DNA of 64,000 bases, taken from NCBI RefSeq assembly GCF_000315625.1, contig NW_005434648.1, positions 658,974 to 722,973 of the forward strand, in the 5' to 3' direction. The translations under genes were made by a program, and so were the position numbers. This document shows positions 22,601 through 36,500 of the stretch, one piece after another. Position 1 is the first letter of the stretch. Each line of letters opens with the position of its first letter. The notes beneath the pieces are model-generated. The model was not told where the DNA came from, did not search any database, and was given only the letters and a program-made list of their open reading frames with translations. The stretch comes from Guillardia theta CCMP2712 (lineage: Eukaryota > Protista > Cryptophyta).

Positions 22601-25499
22601 GGAGGAGCAAGGGGGGAGGGGGAGGGGGCTGATAAAGTTGACGACGCACAACAGGCACCTCTAAGGAGAGTGTCTGAAGTGTTTGACTGCTGGTTTGAAA
22701 GTGGTTGCATGCCGTATGGACAACTACACTACCCGTTTGAGAACGTTGAGGTACCAGGAGGAGCAATCAGAGTTTCATCTTGAACTTGTTGTCAAGCTCT
22801 TTGAACAAACCTTTCCTGCCGACTTCATTGCTGAAGGATTGGACCAAACACGCGGATGGTTCTACACGCTCATGGTGTTGAGGTGTGTGCAATGTGATTC
22901 GGAAGATATTTTGCGTTGGATGATGGTGGGGGAAGCGATGAGGAGAAATGAGACGTGTTGACATGCTGTTGGAGATTTCGTAGAGCCATGAGATGACATT
23001 GGGAATCGCAAGGATGTTGATTGAGTTGAAATATACTAGAGAGATTTTGATGAACGTGGCATGACGTTTATATCGGCAGTACCGCACTATTTGACAAGCC
23101 AGCCTTCAAGAACGTCATTGTCAATGGACTTGTGCTTGCAGCAGATGGGAAGAAAATGAGCAAAAGGTGGGAAGAAAGCATTATTTGATGTTGGGCATGT
23201 ATGGAAGGCTCCAAGCAAAAGATAGTTTCGAATGAGGAGGCAGTCCAGATGCTTATGATTGATTGGATTCTGCAGATTGAAAAACTATCCTGATCCTGAA
23301 GATGTTATCAACAAATATGGCGCCGATGCTCTCAGATTGTATCTGATCAATTCTCCGGTTGTACGATCAGGTGAGAGCGAAACAAGTCAAGAGGGGGAAG
23401 ACGTTGAAGGTTCGAACAGAGTCGCTCAAGTTCAAAGAGGAAGGAGTGAGAGATATCATCAAAGATGTCTTTCTGCCATGGTACAATGCATACAGGTGAA
23501 GGAGATTGGATCAAGATTATGTTTGCGATAATTGTACATGAGATGAGGATGATGATGATGACGACGACGACAAAAAGAGTTCTGTGTTTGTTGAATCGCT
23601 TTTCAGATTTCTTGTTCAACAAGCCCGAGCAACATATCACAAGACTCAACAAAAGATTCATGTCTCGCATCAAGAATACGTTGAGAGCAGGTCTTGTTGT
23701 TCCTATCACACTCTGTCTGCTGACTTGCTTCAACAGCAATGTTATGGACAAGTGGATTCAATCAACCTGCAATTCTCTTGTTGCTTTTGTCACAGAGGTG
23801 ATAATAGAAAAATGAGGATGAAGGGAGGAGGGAGAGGCGAATTTTACCATCACGATGATTCTTTTTTCGTATTGTCTGCACCCAGGAAATGAAAGCTTAC
23901 AGACTGTATAATGTCGTATCAAGGCTTCTTCTTTTTGTTGAAGATCTTACAAACTGGTGAGTTTCCATTGCTCATTTTTAAGTGAATCAACAGTCGTTTG
24001 TCAGGTATGTTCGCATGAATCGTAACAGAATCAAAGGGGCTGGAAACGATGCACAAGATTGTCTGATTGCACAATCAACTTTGTTCAAGGTCAATCGTTT
24101 TGATCTTGTCTCCTCGTGGTTAAGTTTTCCTTCAGGTCTTGTCAACATTTACACAACTCATGGCACCATTCACCCCTTACATATCTGAACATGTTTGCAA
24201 CATCTTTCACCATCAAAGTTTCTCATGAGCTTTCAGATCTATCAAAACTTGAAGAGTGCCATGTCAGAAGAGGTTCGATTGCAGAGCATTCACTTTTCGC
24301 GGTATCCACAAACCACGAGTGGAGCAGAAAACAAGGTGAGACAAGAAGAACAAACATGCTGCTTGGCTTATTTCTGCATTCCTCCATCGAGTTGTGTTCA
24401 ACTTGTTGATAAGAATGGGACTGACTCGATCATCAAGACTTTGGAAACGAGCATTTTGTACATGCAGAAGATTATCATTGCTGGCCGGACAGTGAGAGAC
24501 AAACGTCAGGTGGAGCAGCTTACTCCTTGTTTGCTCGCTGAACTGAGCTTGCAGATAAGTTTGAAGACTCCTCTTCGCTCCGCGCACGTCTGTCTCCTCC
24601 TCCATCAGTTCCGTCTGACATGTTGCAGTTGATTGTAGCCGACCAAGAGCAGGAGACATTCGTAGCTCCTCTCAAGAGGTCGAAAGGAGGAGGGAGGAGG
24701 AGGAGGAGGAGGGAACAAGATTGCAGTAACGCCCTAGCTCAGTTACATCCTGTCGGAACTCAACTTGCGTGATCTTACGATCAGTCGGGAGGATGATGAC
24801 AAGACCTGTCTTAAGGGTGAGGGAGCATGCCAGTGGTGTTGGGTCATTTCGCTCTTCAGCCCTGCCCGACTCGAAGGTCCTGGGGAAGCGACTTGGCAGC
24901 AAGTTCCGTCAAGTAGCAGAAGCGATCAAGTCGATGAAGTCGGAGGAGGTGAGAGAGAAAGAAAACATGGGAGGGAGCGAGGGAGCAAGGAGGAGAAAGA
25001 GGACAATGCTGGATTATGTCAAAGAGGAAGCAGGCGGAAGAGGGAGGGAGGGAGATGGGAGATGGGAGGAGAAGAGAGGATGCAGGAGGTAGCATGGAGA
25101 GGGAACATGACAGTGATCTGACCATGGCGATCAGCTTATGAGACTGAAGAGGGAGCAAAAGATTGAAGTCTGCGGTGAGACGATCATGCTGGAGGAAGTG
25201 AAAATCTTTCGCGAATTCGTGGGGAAGGAGAACAAGTTTGAGGTGAAGACAACAACCGGCCGCTCCCGTGCTCAGCTGTTGCTGCCAGGCTTCGAGTGTG
25301 GAGGAGATGGAAGGCTGTCTGATCATCGTTGATGTGATCATCATCTCTCCTCTTCTTCCTTCCTTCTCTTAGTGCTGCCCTGTTCCTCCTCATGTCATCC
25401 CTTTCCTTCTCTCTCTCTGTCATCGCTCTAGTCCCATCACCCCATGTCCTCATCCTTCTCCCCTTCACCCTTCATATTCCTCCTCCTCCTTCCCTCTTG

Positions 25500-25532
<33 letters not shown>

Positions 25533-26220
25533 TCTCCTTGCTACCTCCCTCCACATGCCTTTCCGCCTAAAGTTTCCTTCAGACGACGGTTGACGAAGAA
25601 GCGCTCGAAGAATCGTTTGCAAGGAATTTCATATGTCACGTTCAGAAGCTCAAAAAAACTTCACAAGTAAGCAGCTGCTAACAAAGTTCTCTGCTCCTCA
25701 CTCGAGGAAAGTTGTAGCAACATGATTCGCTCACTCAATATCTTCCGCTTCCTCTTACTCTCTTGACAGGTTGTTCCTGGAGACTCAATCTCCGTCGGGT
25801 TTGAGATCCTTGAAGGCGACGCAGAGGTCCCTTCCTTCCTCCTTCCTCCTTCCTTCCTCCCCTCCTCAGTCTCGCTTCTCCTCTAGCTGCTTCTCCCCTC
25901 CTCCTTCCTTTAGTTTGTATCTCGTGCTGCCTTTCAGTCACTATTCGAATCCTTCGCTTCCCACTCCTCTTAGCTTCGAGCAGACAACCAGCAGCGTGTT
26001 GCAGCTGCTCGACAGGCGGGAGGAAACGATCACTGCGGGGGTAGGGAGCAAACTCTACGACTTGAAGTCCACGGAGATGCAGGGAGAACAAGTATACCCT
26101 CCCTTCATCGTCCCACACCACTAATGCCACTGTGTCCTCCTCCTCCTCCTCCTCCTGATCCTGATCCTGCTCCTCCAACTCACTTTCACGCTCAGGCCGG
26201 GTCTACTGAGGAGACTCTAA
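19638..26220 (+). CDS. IARS: Isoleucyl-tRNA synthetase, eukaryotic cytosolic type, with a long N-terminal leader; many short introns; 3' end approximate
   Basis: [14 protein letters not shown] (HIGH), [93 protein letters not shown]. Confidence 0.96.
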
Positions 26221-26448
26221 GGTACTAAGCGCGCGAGCTCTTCTTGTCCGTGACTGGCTGGCAGCTTGAGCAAGGGCTCGATCCGCGTCCGGCTGGTGAT
26301 AAACCGACTTTCCTCCCTCGAAATGTGAGGGGCAGAGGACGAGGAAAACAGCAAGTGAGAGGACAAGGACGTGGGTGAAGGATGGTTGGAAGGTAGAAGA
26401 GGAGGAAGGGAGGAGCAGGAGCAAGGCGAGAGGAGTTAGCCAAGGAGA

Positions 26449-26484
<36 letters not shown>

Positions 26485-26522
26485 GAAGGAGATTAAACAA
26501 GCAGAGCTGTTGTTTGTTGTCT

Positions 26523-29500
26523 TCATTGTGCAGAAGCTTCTTGTTGGAGCGATACGGAGAGCCCACGAGCCAACGCCAGCCGGATCGACTCCATTCGCAT
26601 CCTCTCGGCCTCACTGCGTTTCCTCCTGCGTCTTCGTCACTGTCGATAGCACAGAGGAGGAGGAGGAGGCACCTGTCGGCCTTGAACGACGACTCGACGT
26701 CCTGCAGCGCCTGCATCCTGGTCAACCCGGAGGAGGAGGGAGGGAGGCTAAGAGACCTGGAGGCAAAGAAACATGTCGGAGGAGGAGAAGAGCGATGGTA
26801 TGCCGCTCTCGATGAGGGGGATGGAGTAGGACAGCAGCTCAGGCCAGAATCGTCTGCTCCCCCCTTGTCACCACCAGCAGAAAACTCTCGTCATCCCCAG
26901 CAGGGACCCTTCACTCACCTCGGAGCTGCTCGTCGCGTTTCCCCTCCCCGGCTTTCGTCCAGCAGCTCCAGCAGCAACTTCGCGGCCTCCCTTCCTGCCT
27001 GCACCAGCGTCGCCCCGCTCGGGTTCTTCGCGCTCTGAGATTGAGGTTTACAGCACGAACGGCAGGAAGAGGAACAGATGAAGGAAGGGCAGGGCTAGAA
27101 GACGCGGATGGTGATAAGGAGGGGAAGGTCGAGTAAGGAAGAGAAGGAGGAGGGTGGAGGGTGGAGGAGGAGGGGGAAGTATGAGGGAGGAGGGAGGAGG
27201 GAGGAGGAGGAAGGAGGAAGGGGGAGGAAGGAGGAGTGTTCTAACCCGCAGGCTCTGCCTGTCTTTGAGGCTCAGGTCGCTGACTGTCGCCATCAGTTCT
27301 CTCATCCTCGAGTAAGTCCTGATGAGCTGAACTTCGCTGGGAATGTCTTCTCCTCTTGTCTCCTCCACATACTGCAACAGCGTCAAACATCTCCCACATG
27401 CACTACTACCCTCCCTCTCTTCTCCCTCTCTTCTCCCTCTCTTCTCCCTCTCTTTTCTCCGTCCTCTCCCTCTTCTCTTTCCCGGTGCTCTCGTTCACCT
27501 GTAGGATTGGCTGCATGCGGTACAGGCTGTCATCAACACCCTGCACGAAGGAATGCAAACTCTGACACATTGACGTCAAAATCGTCTCAGCCCTCACTTC
27601 CTGCCCACTACGCCTCCCTCTTCCCTCCTCTTTCCCTCTCTTCCTCCCCCCCCGCTTCCTTCTTCAATCCTCCTTTCCCCCTCCTCTTCTGATCTTCCTC
27701 CTTCCTCCTCTCTTCTTCTTCCATCTCCTGCTCTCTCCCTCCCTCTGTTTCTTCATCTGCCTCACCTGGCTCGCGAGGGTGGCGACAAGCTTGGACTCAG
27801 CACGAGCGAGCCAGTACAAACTCGCTGCCTCGTGGCCCCTCGCGTAGAGTCTCAACCCCCACGCACATTGAATCTCACTTGCCGTCTTGACGATCAACTG
27901 AGCGAGAGATCAGGCACAAGGAACAAGTGGGGATGAGCAAGCAAGACGAGAGGAGAGAAGAGAAGAGCCGAGAAAGGAAGGGAAGGGGTGGGTCAAGGGA
28001 AGGTGAGGGGAAGGCAGGGGAAGGGGAAGGGAAGGTGAGGGGAAGGGAAGGGAATATCAGGGAACAAGTCTGACGTCACCTCTGAATCATCCCATAGATG
28101 GCTCCCATGAATGTCTCGCACGTACTCCGGGCAGCATTGCAGCAGATGCCGGCATTTGATGTCACTATCGATGTGCTGACGAGAGATGATGAGGTGGGCG
28201 AGGTGGAGCATCTCCTGCCTTCGCACCCTCCATCGTTCTCTCGCTTCCACTGAAGTTGACTCGTCAACCATCGCATCGCTCTCCACCACTCCCTTCACGT
28301 ATGCCATGGCAACTTGCCACATGTTGTTTGACGACATCAGGATATCGATGTAGTTGCAGATGGCGTAAGTTCTCATGTTGGAGGCAAACAACTGACTGAA
28401 CGGAAGGTATTTCCCTCGATACAAGACATCGGCAAGGTGGGCCGAACTCCACCAGTCCTTCAAGTCTGTAAAGAAGTGCTGTACTGCACCTTGCATGTCC
28501 AGACGAAGTAGATCTTTGATCACTGACTCCTCGTCTTCCGGTTTTCGAACAAACTGCCCGTGGACAGTCAACGCGTCGTCGGCATACGATGCCAAGTCTG
28601 CAACTCCGAGAACAGTCTCAGACCTTCCAAACAACATCCTCGTCACCACGATCTGCAACCAGCTGTATGCGTGCGCAGAGATCTCATCTTCGCTCCCCTT
28701 CATGATCTTCACCATCGTCGCCATCTTCTGGCAGATAGGAGATGCTCCTCTCTGCACCAGTTTGTCGAGGTAAGTCCATTCCTTCCTTGTCGTCCAGACT
28801 CGCCAGTACGAGTCAATGGCAACGTTGTTATCAACCATGTTCTCAAGCTCGAAGAGCGAGACCTCTCCACCTTCCCCTCCTCCGACAAGCAGCGAGAGCA
28901 TAACCTCCACCATCTCCACTCCATCCTCTCCACACTGATGGGCGAACGGGCCATCCCTACCGATGAGCGACAACATCTCCACGGCCTGATCGATGTACAC
29001 GTGCATAACGAAATGAAACAGAGCTCGCCACCAGTCATCGTTTGCCCTGTATGAGGCTCCGTCTGTAAGGAAGGGCTGAGACGACCCTCCTTGGAAGAGA
29101 TCCGACGGGTTGTGCTCCTGCATCCAGTGCACCAGGTCGAAGGGAAGATCAGCATTCATGTTGGCTGGTCGCGGAGAAAGATGTTTGATGATAATGTGTG
29201 CAAGGTGCCAGGCCTGATGCCCGCGGTAGAGCCGGGACAGCATGTCTTTCGCCAGAGCCGCGTCACCTTCTTGGAGGTTCTCAACGTTCTCCACCATGCG
29301 GGTGAGGAGGGTGCAGTAGAGCTCCTTGTACTCGTTGATTTCATCGGCCAGCAGCATCCGCCTCGCATCCAAGTTCGCGTCATTCATCCCCACCGAGAGA
29401 GCTCTGGAGATGCTCTGTGACCAGACATTCTGCGCCTCTGAGTAGAACATCTGCAATGGCGCCTGCACGAAGTTGCGATTCTTCCACAGGCTCCATGGCA

Positions 29501-29654
29501 GGTTGAGTCTGATCCAACTGAGATCCGCTCCTCTCGAGACAGCCCTCCTCCGTTCATCGGGGGAAGCAGTCTCGCTGACGCCCTGAGGAATTTGACCCGA
29601 TGTCACCACCAGATCATCGCCTGGCCCCCATGAGAAGAGGGTGACCTTCGCCAT
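26523..29654 (-). CDS. NUP85: Nucleoporin Nup85
   Basis: WWSSAHLADVL, NMWQVAMAY, AASLYWLARA, RFWPELLSYSIPLI and the C-terminal SIRLALARGLS match the Nup85 pattern; an extra 5' exon is possible. Confidence 0.8.
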
Positions 29655-29978
29655 CCTCCCAGTGCCGCTCAACCTGCAAACGTTTCGTTCGTATGAGTCC
29701 TTGCACTGCAGTTGTTACACATGACCGACAACCACTACGTAACATTCAAGCATCAACATTAGCATTGACCTCCCTGAATCCTTCTAAGTGTTCATATCAA
29801 GGTTGATTCTTCTTCATCCTTGCCCTAGCTATCCAGCCCACGCACTACCTCGCTCATCCAAGTTAATCCATCGATTCCACCATCTCATTTCATTCGACCA
29901 TCACTTGCATTCATGCCCCTACTTCTTCCCATTGATGAGATGTCACTCTCCTGCTTGCTTGCCTATCTCTCTCTCCTG

Positions 29979-30025
<47 letters not shown>

Positions 30026-30563
30026 TCTCCTCCTCCTCTCCCTCCCTCCCTCCCTCCCTCCCTCCCTCCCTCCCTCTGCTCTTCCCCTTTCTCTCCCCCT
30101 TCCGCCTCGCGTGCCGCCGCCATGATCCTTCTCCCTCGTTACAGCCGTTATCCTACCGTTCCAAACGTTACGATCTCACCTCATCCCCCCTCATTCCTGT
30201 TGTTCCCGCCAAATCAGATGGATGAACGACAAATCAACAGTTTTACAAGACTCAATCTTTCTTACATATGACCCGTTCATCTTCCTTGGAGATGTAAATT
30301 TTTATTGGTAGGGTACTCCATCGTTCCGCCAGCTCAGAGGGGCTAAGGGACATGGCGCGGAGGAAACAACGGTAAGGGCGAAGATAATTGCAGGAGGCAG
30401 AGGAGAGGAGAGCAGAGGAGAAGAGATGGACAGAGTTGTCATGACAGAAGAAGACAAGGCACATGTATCAATCTGATTGATTCGTTTTCAGGAGCCATAC
30501 ACTGTGATACAAGTTTCTCTCATCCGGATTCACTCAAATTTCTGACGGATCTATAAGAGAAAG

Positions 30564-33500
30564 ATGGCGGAAGACCCGGCGCAATCCGTTCTTGAAGGCA
30601 TGCCTCCATCCTCCAAGGACTTGGGGCTGCAGTTGCAGGATCTTGACTACCTCTTGCGTGTTTACAGCACACTCAGGACTTTCAGCTTCCTTCTTCGACT
30701 CGCGCCATTCACCTTATTGGAGCTCTGCACAGACATCCTTCCGAGCAAGTCAAGCCCTATGATAGATGAGATCTGTGTGCAGCTTCTCAAGACCATCCAA
30801 TGCTTCCCTCCTGTCAGTGAAGAAAATGCCGAGGAGGAGCTGGTGGTGTTCAAGGAGGACGCGGAGCCCTACCTCATTTCCAGAGACATTGACAAGCTCA
30901 TCAAGGACCCGATCTGGAAGTATCTTGATTTCATGTCATGGCCAGAGTTTCTGAAGAGGCTGATGGTTGCTCGCAAGTGTCGGGTGTTTGCAGGGATAGA
31001 CTGTTGTGAATTCCTTGAGGAGCAGGAATGGTGCAAGTTGCCGCTGGGGTCAAAGATAGCGACCTTGCAGTTCCTCTGCGACTGCTTGCTGGATGCTCCG
31101 ATTGCAAAGTCCTTGATTGACGGGAGGGATGAACAGATCCCGATGTGCATGGAACAGGAGAAGGAGGAGGTCAAGGCGAGGGAGAAGGGCTTGCTTGCCA
31201 AGGCTGCGAATGACAACCTGGTGGCTGCTGCTGCGGGAGCCTCTCACCAGGGGCTTCCAAACTACTCGCACCTACCATATGACAACAGCCACTTGTATGT
31301 TCGTGATGGCCTCGATGAGCTCGAGATAGATCAGTGCGATCTGTCCACACTCGGAGGAACTTTGATCTGTTGTGATGGTTGCCCGGCCTCCTACCTCAGC
31401 CGCTGCGTTGGGCTCAAGAGAGTCGGGGACGAGAAGCAGAAGTGGTTCTGTGAAGAATGCCGCATCGGGGGACAGATCAGAGCATACCGATTCCTTCATA
31501 GGCAGGCGAATGCCATGGAATGGGAGCATTTGCCACTGATAGCTGACTTCGGCAAGGGAAAACACGGCATCGAGGTTGTGTTTTGTCATGGGCGACTTTA
31601 CCTTTTCAAAGACAAACAGCTTATGGCATACTACAGTGAGCACAGTCAAGTAGAGCTCTTGATCCAATGGTTAGAACAACTCGAACAGAAAGTTAACGTC
31701 ACAGAACAGCAGGGAACCTCCGCCAAGTCCTCTGAGAAACAGGAGAAAGGAGATGGAAAGGCGAACGGAACAAACTCGGTCGACGATCGGGTCAGCACAC
31801 CCTCCAAAGAGACTCAAGAAGGAGACGCGCCGAGATCGCTCAGGCGCAGAAAGCTCGCAGACAAACGGGAGGATGAAGCTGCAGATTCTCCCAAGGACAA
31901 GAAGACGAGTACCCCCGGGAAAGAGGCAGAGAAGGAAGAATTGTCACGATCCCTCCGGCGAAGGAAGAAAGCTAATGGCGATGGAGAGGACGGTGCCGCA
32001 ACTCCTGACACTCGCACACCGTCCAAGGAGACAGAACAAGCGGAGAGCGCCAGATCGCGCAGAAGGAGGAAGCTTGCTTACGTGGAGGATGACAACGGTC
32101 CTGCAGGTGCTCCTGTCGAGAAAGGTGAAGGCAGTCAAATCGAAGATGAACACGAAGAAGAAGGTGCAAGGTCCCTTCGTAGGAGGAAGGTTGCTTCCTA
32201 TCGTGAGGAGGAGGAGGATGGCGCCGGAGCTCAGAATGAGAAAGATTCGGAAGCTGGGGACATGGCGCGGACACGAAGAAACAGGAAGCTGGCGTACAAC
32301 CAAGATGATGATGGAGATGTGGAATTTGAAATCAAGGAGAACAGGAGCACAGCGGAACTCGAGGACTCACAGGATGGGGAGATGGTAAAATCAAACAAAA
32401 GAAGCGAAAGAGTGCACTGCTGAGGGCCTTGACAAACAAGAGCAACGCCATTGTAGATGAAATGAAGTTTTGTCGAGCAGTGGAAACAAAGATGAAGAAC
32501 AGAGAATACCTGAACAAGTACAAGGACTCGCCCTCCATCCATGAAGTTCGCGCGATCTACAAGCCCTCCAAGATGAACAAGAGGCTAGTTGAGAACGCAA
32601 TCACATCCAAGTGGAAGGGTTGGCCCCGCTACAATGATACCAACTTGGCGTCAGCGTCGAATCTGCACATCTTGGCTACTTACCTCACGAGGCTCGAGAA
32701 AGACCTGCAGGGGCTCGCCAACGGCCCGTGGGTCACTCGCACTGGTAGGAGAGATTGGATTGAGCAGGTGAGAAACGCCATGGAGCCCAAGGATGTAGCG
32801 AATGCTGTGGTTGAGTTTGAAAGCTGCCTGCAATCCCTCGTGTTTTTGCCCAGCTGGTTTTCGTCGGACTCCCCTGATGCGAAGCCGAGGAGGTGAGAAA
32901 CTTGTGCTGTTGTGTTCTCGTAGCCCTGAACCTTTTACAGCAGGCGAGGTCGCAAGAAGAAGTCAGAGAGCAGAAACGAAGTCGACTACGACGAGCTGAT
33001 GAGAGCTGGTGTCTTGGACGATCCCTCTGGAGCTTTCAAGGAGGAGGAGGAGGAGGAGGAGGAGGTGCTCCTCAACTGCTGGGTAGGTGGGAAACGAGCG
33101 GCCCCGCTGCACATCAAGTTATCATCGCGAAGCCTGAGGAAAGTCATCCTGAACTCTGCGGCCGATCAGTTCAACAACATGATCTACACAGGAGACCATG
33201 CGGTCCCCAGCACAAGATTCAAGTGGATCCGTCGTTGTGTCTCTGCTAAGACAGTCCACTTGCTGTCGATCTACCTCCGCATGCTCGACGACTTCATCAA
33301 GTGGGATGGTCTCAAGAGGCCACCAGTTCCTACCAACGGGAAGCTTTACGACGCTCAAGGGCAGCCGCTCCTGGAGAAGCTGATCAACAAGAGAGATCAG
33401 CATGGCCTGCAGTATCTCATGCAGTTCTGGAACAACGTCGAGAGGCCCCAGTGGACGTCGCCGGACAGCATCCCGCTGTGGGCGATCAAAGACTACGAGA

Positions 33501-36500
33501 ACCATGTGAGGAAGGAGAACAAGATCTTCTGGTGGAAGGAGTTCGACTTTCATCCTGGAGCTTTCATCGAGGTTGAAGTTGATGGCTACTGGTACCAGGC
33601 GTTCGTCCTCAAGTGCATCAACTCGCGGGAGGAAGTGGAGGAGTGGGAGTTTGACCCGGCGCTATTCAATGACAAGGTCGGGATGGTGCTGGTGCACTAC
33701 ATCAGTGGGCGTGATGATGAAGATGAATGGATCCCCAAGGACAGCGTGAGGCTGCGAGAGGACAAGCTGGCAGAGAGGAGGTGCATTCAAGAGCGACTGA
33801 AGAGAGAGCACGAGCAGCGAAGGCTAGCGCAGATCATCGATGCTGAGAAGAGAGCCGCGGCAAGAAGTGAATACATCCAGGCCAGGAAGAAGATGCGAGA
33901 GCATGAGAAGGCACTCAGAGCGGACAGGGAGAGGGAGAGGATGGCTGAGCGAGAGAGAAAGCTCAAGGCCAAGGCGGAGAAGATGAAACAGCGCGAGTTC
34001 GAGAAAGAAGAGAAGATAAAGATGAAGGAGCGGGAGAAGCAAGAGAGGATTGAGAGGAGGCAGCGGGAGCAGGAGATCAAGAAGATGGAGATGAAGAAGG
34101 CCAAAGAGCTGGAGCGTGAGCGGCAGCGTATCTTCCAGAGCAAGTCGAGCTGGTGGAAGGAGTTCGAATTCAAGGAGGGTGCCATGGTCGAAATGCAGTG
34201 GGACGGGGACTGGTGGGATGCCGTTATCATTCGCTGCATCGGGTGCCCCAACAACACGGCAGGAGATCAGGAGGGTCAGGCAACGCAACCAACTCCTTCT
34301 GCTCCCCCTCAAGCCAAACCGGCTGTCGAGCCAGTTGTCGAGCCCGTTGTTGCCCCCGTTGTTGCGCCAGTTGTTCCACCCGTTGTCGAGCCGAATGTCA
34401 TCGCAGGAGGAGAAGTTGCCATTCTGCCACCACTTGAAGGGTTTGATCCCTCCATGCTTTCTCCTCCTCCCCCTCCCCCCGGCTCGACAACGGGTGGAAC
34501 AACGAAGAGCTGTCCCGCAGCAGGCAGGGGGAAGTTCTCAGCAGGTATGGACGGCAGACGGTGAAGGAGAAGCTCAGCAGAGCATGCGAGAGCGCAAGTC
34601 AGGCAACGAGAACTCCCTCGAGTCCCTCCTCCCCTACACGGTCCCGCTCATGCAAGGGCCCAAGTTCCGCTACCCCGACGACTGGCCGGAGGACGGAGTC
34701 TACATCTGTGCTGAGGACGATCGGCCCATCGACGTGGCCCGGCTGCATCGGGTCAATGTGGACCGACTGGTGCGGATGAACAAGAAGAGGTACTCCGGGT
34801 TGACCCGGGTCAGCCCCCTCAAGGCTGGAACCTCCTTGGAGCTGCCGCTGCCCCTGGATATCATCATCGAAGACGATCCTCCTCCCCCAAAGGACCCTTG
34901 CAAGGTCGGGGTTGTGCTGGTGCACTACGTGGGAGGAGGGGAGGACGAGACTGAGTGGGTCTTCACGTGCAGCAAGCGAATGCGACCCTCGTCGGACAGG
35001 CTGTGGAACGCGTTCATCGTCGACACAGGAGGAGAAAACGAGAAGGTGAACGACCCCAACGCGTGGAAGAAGCACTGCAAGAAGGTGCTCAAACGCGTGA
35101 AAAAGAACGACAGGAGCTGGCCGTTCTGGGAGCCGTTCTGGGATGATCCGGAGGCAGATCCCGAGACCGCAGACTACCTGACTGTTGTCAAGGAGCCCAT
35201 CTGTCTGGACTTTGTGGATGCGAGGCTGGAGCAGGACACGTACGGGAAGCCGGAAGACTTCCTGGCGGACATGCGACTGATCTTCAGCAACGCCAAGAGC
35301 TACAACCCTCCTGAGCACGACTACCACAAGATGGCCGACAAGGTTTCTGCCTTCTTCGAGGAGATCTGGGCGACCGGTCACGAGGGCAACAACTGGGGGC
35401 AAGTCACCCAGAAGGATCCCAGCAAGAGCTTGCTCAAGAGCCAGCAGAAGATCAGACCCCAGCTCAAGAAGAAAACCCCCAGCACCACCCCAGCTCCTGC
35501 TCCAGCTAAAGAGAAGACAAAGGAGAAGACAAAGGAGAAGACAAAGGAATTGTCCAAGGAGAAGTCCAAGGAGAAGACAAAGGAGAAACAGCCCAAGACT
35601 CCTGGAGACCTGCCGGTGAAGAATCTGACGGGTGAGTTGGAGGAGGTGAAGATCAAAGCTCCTGTCAAGGAATTGCTTCTCAAATGCATCGACGAAATCT
35701 TCGGGATGAAGGATTCAGAATTGTTTCGTCTACCTGTAGACAAGCAGATCGCTCCAGACTACTATGAGGTGATCAAGAGGCCGATGGACCTGACCAAGGT
35801 CAGAGAGAAGCTGGAGAAAGGAAGGTGAAGATGAAGATGATGCGACTGCTTGCGGTTTCTGATTCTTCCTCTGCAGGTACTCGATGGTCAGCAAGTTTGT
35901 GGCTGACATGAGGCAAATCTTCGAGAACGCTTACGAGTACAACAACGAAAACGACCAGGTCTACGAGGAAGCCAAGAGCCTGGAGAAGAAGTTTGAAAAA
36001 CTTTGGAAGAAAGTTGAGAAGCAGATCGAAGAGATTCCCGCAACAAAACCTGAAAAGGAGAAGAAGGCAGAGAAGGCAGAGAAGGCAGAAGAGCTCGCCA
36101 AGACTCCCAAGAAAACACCAAAGTCGTCCAAGGGCAACGACAAGAGCAATGACAAGAGCAATGACAACTCGGCGAAGCAATCGGAGAAAACAAGTCAGGC
36201 CAAACCAACTCCAACCAAACCAAGTCAACCCAAGATTAGTCAATCCAAGACTAGTCAAACCAAGGAAAATCGAGAGAAGTCAACGGCGAGGTGTCTCGAG
36301 GTGCTGGACAAGGTTTCCAACGACAAACACGCATGGCCCTTCGAGGAGCCGGTTGACGCGAAGAAGTTGAAACTGAAGGACTATCACAAGATTGTGAAAG
36401 AGCCCATGGACTTGTCCACGATCCGGTCGAGACTGCAAGGAGAGGAATACAAGCGGGTAGAAGAAGAATTTCACAGAGACATGCACCTGGTCTTCGACAA

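Noticed and set aside
32385-34602. Apparent stop codons and frameshifts splitting the chromatin gene (readthrough or recoding)
   Set aside because: Short GT-AG introns near 32385-32424, 32893-32940 and 34545-34602 plausibly account for the breaks (frame explicitly checked for the last).
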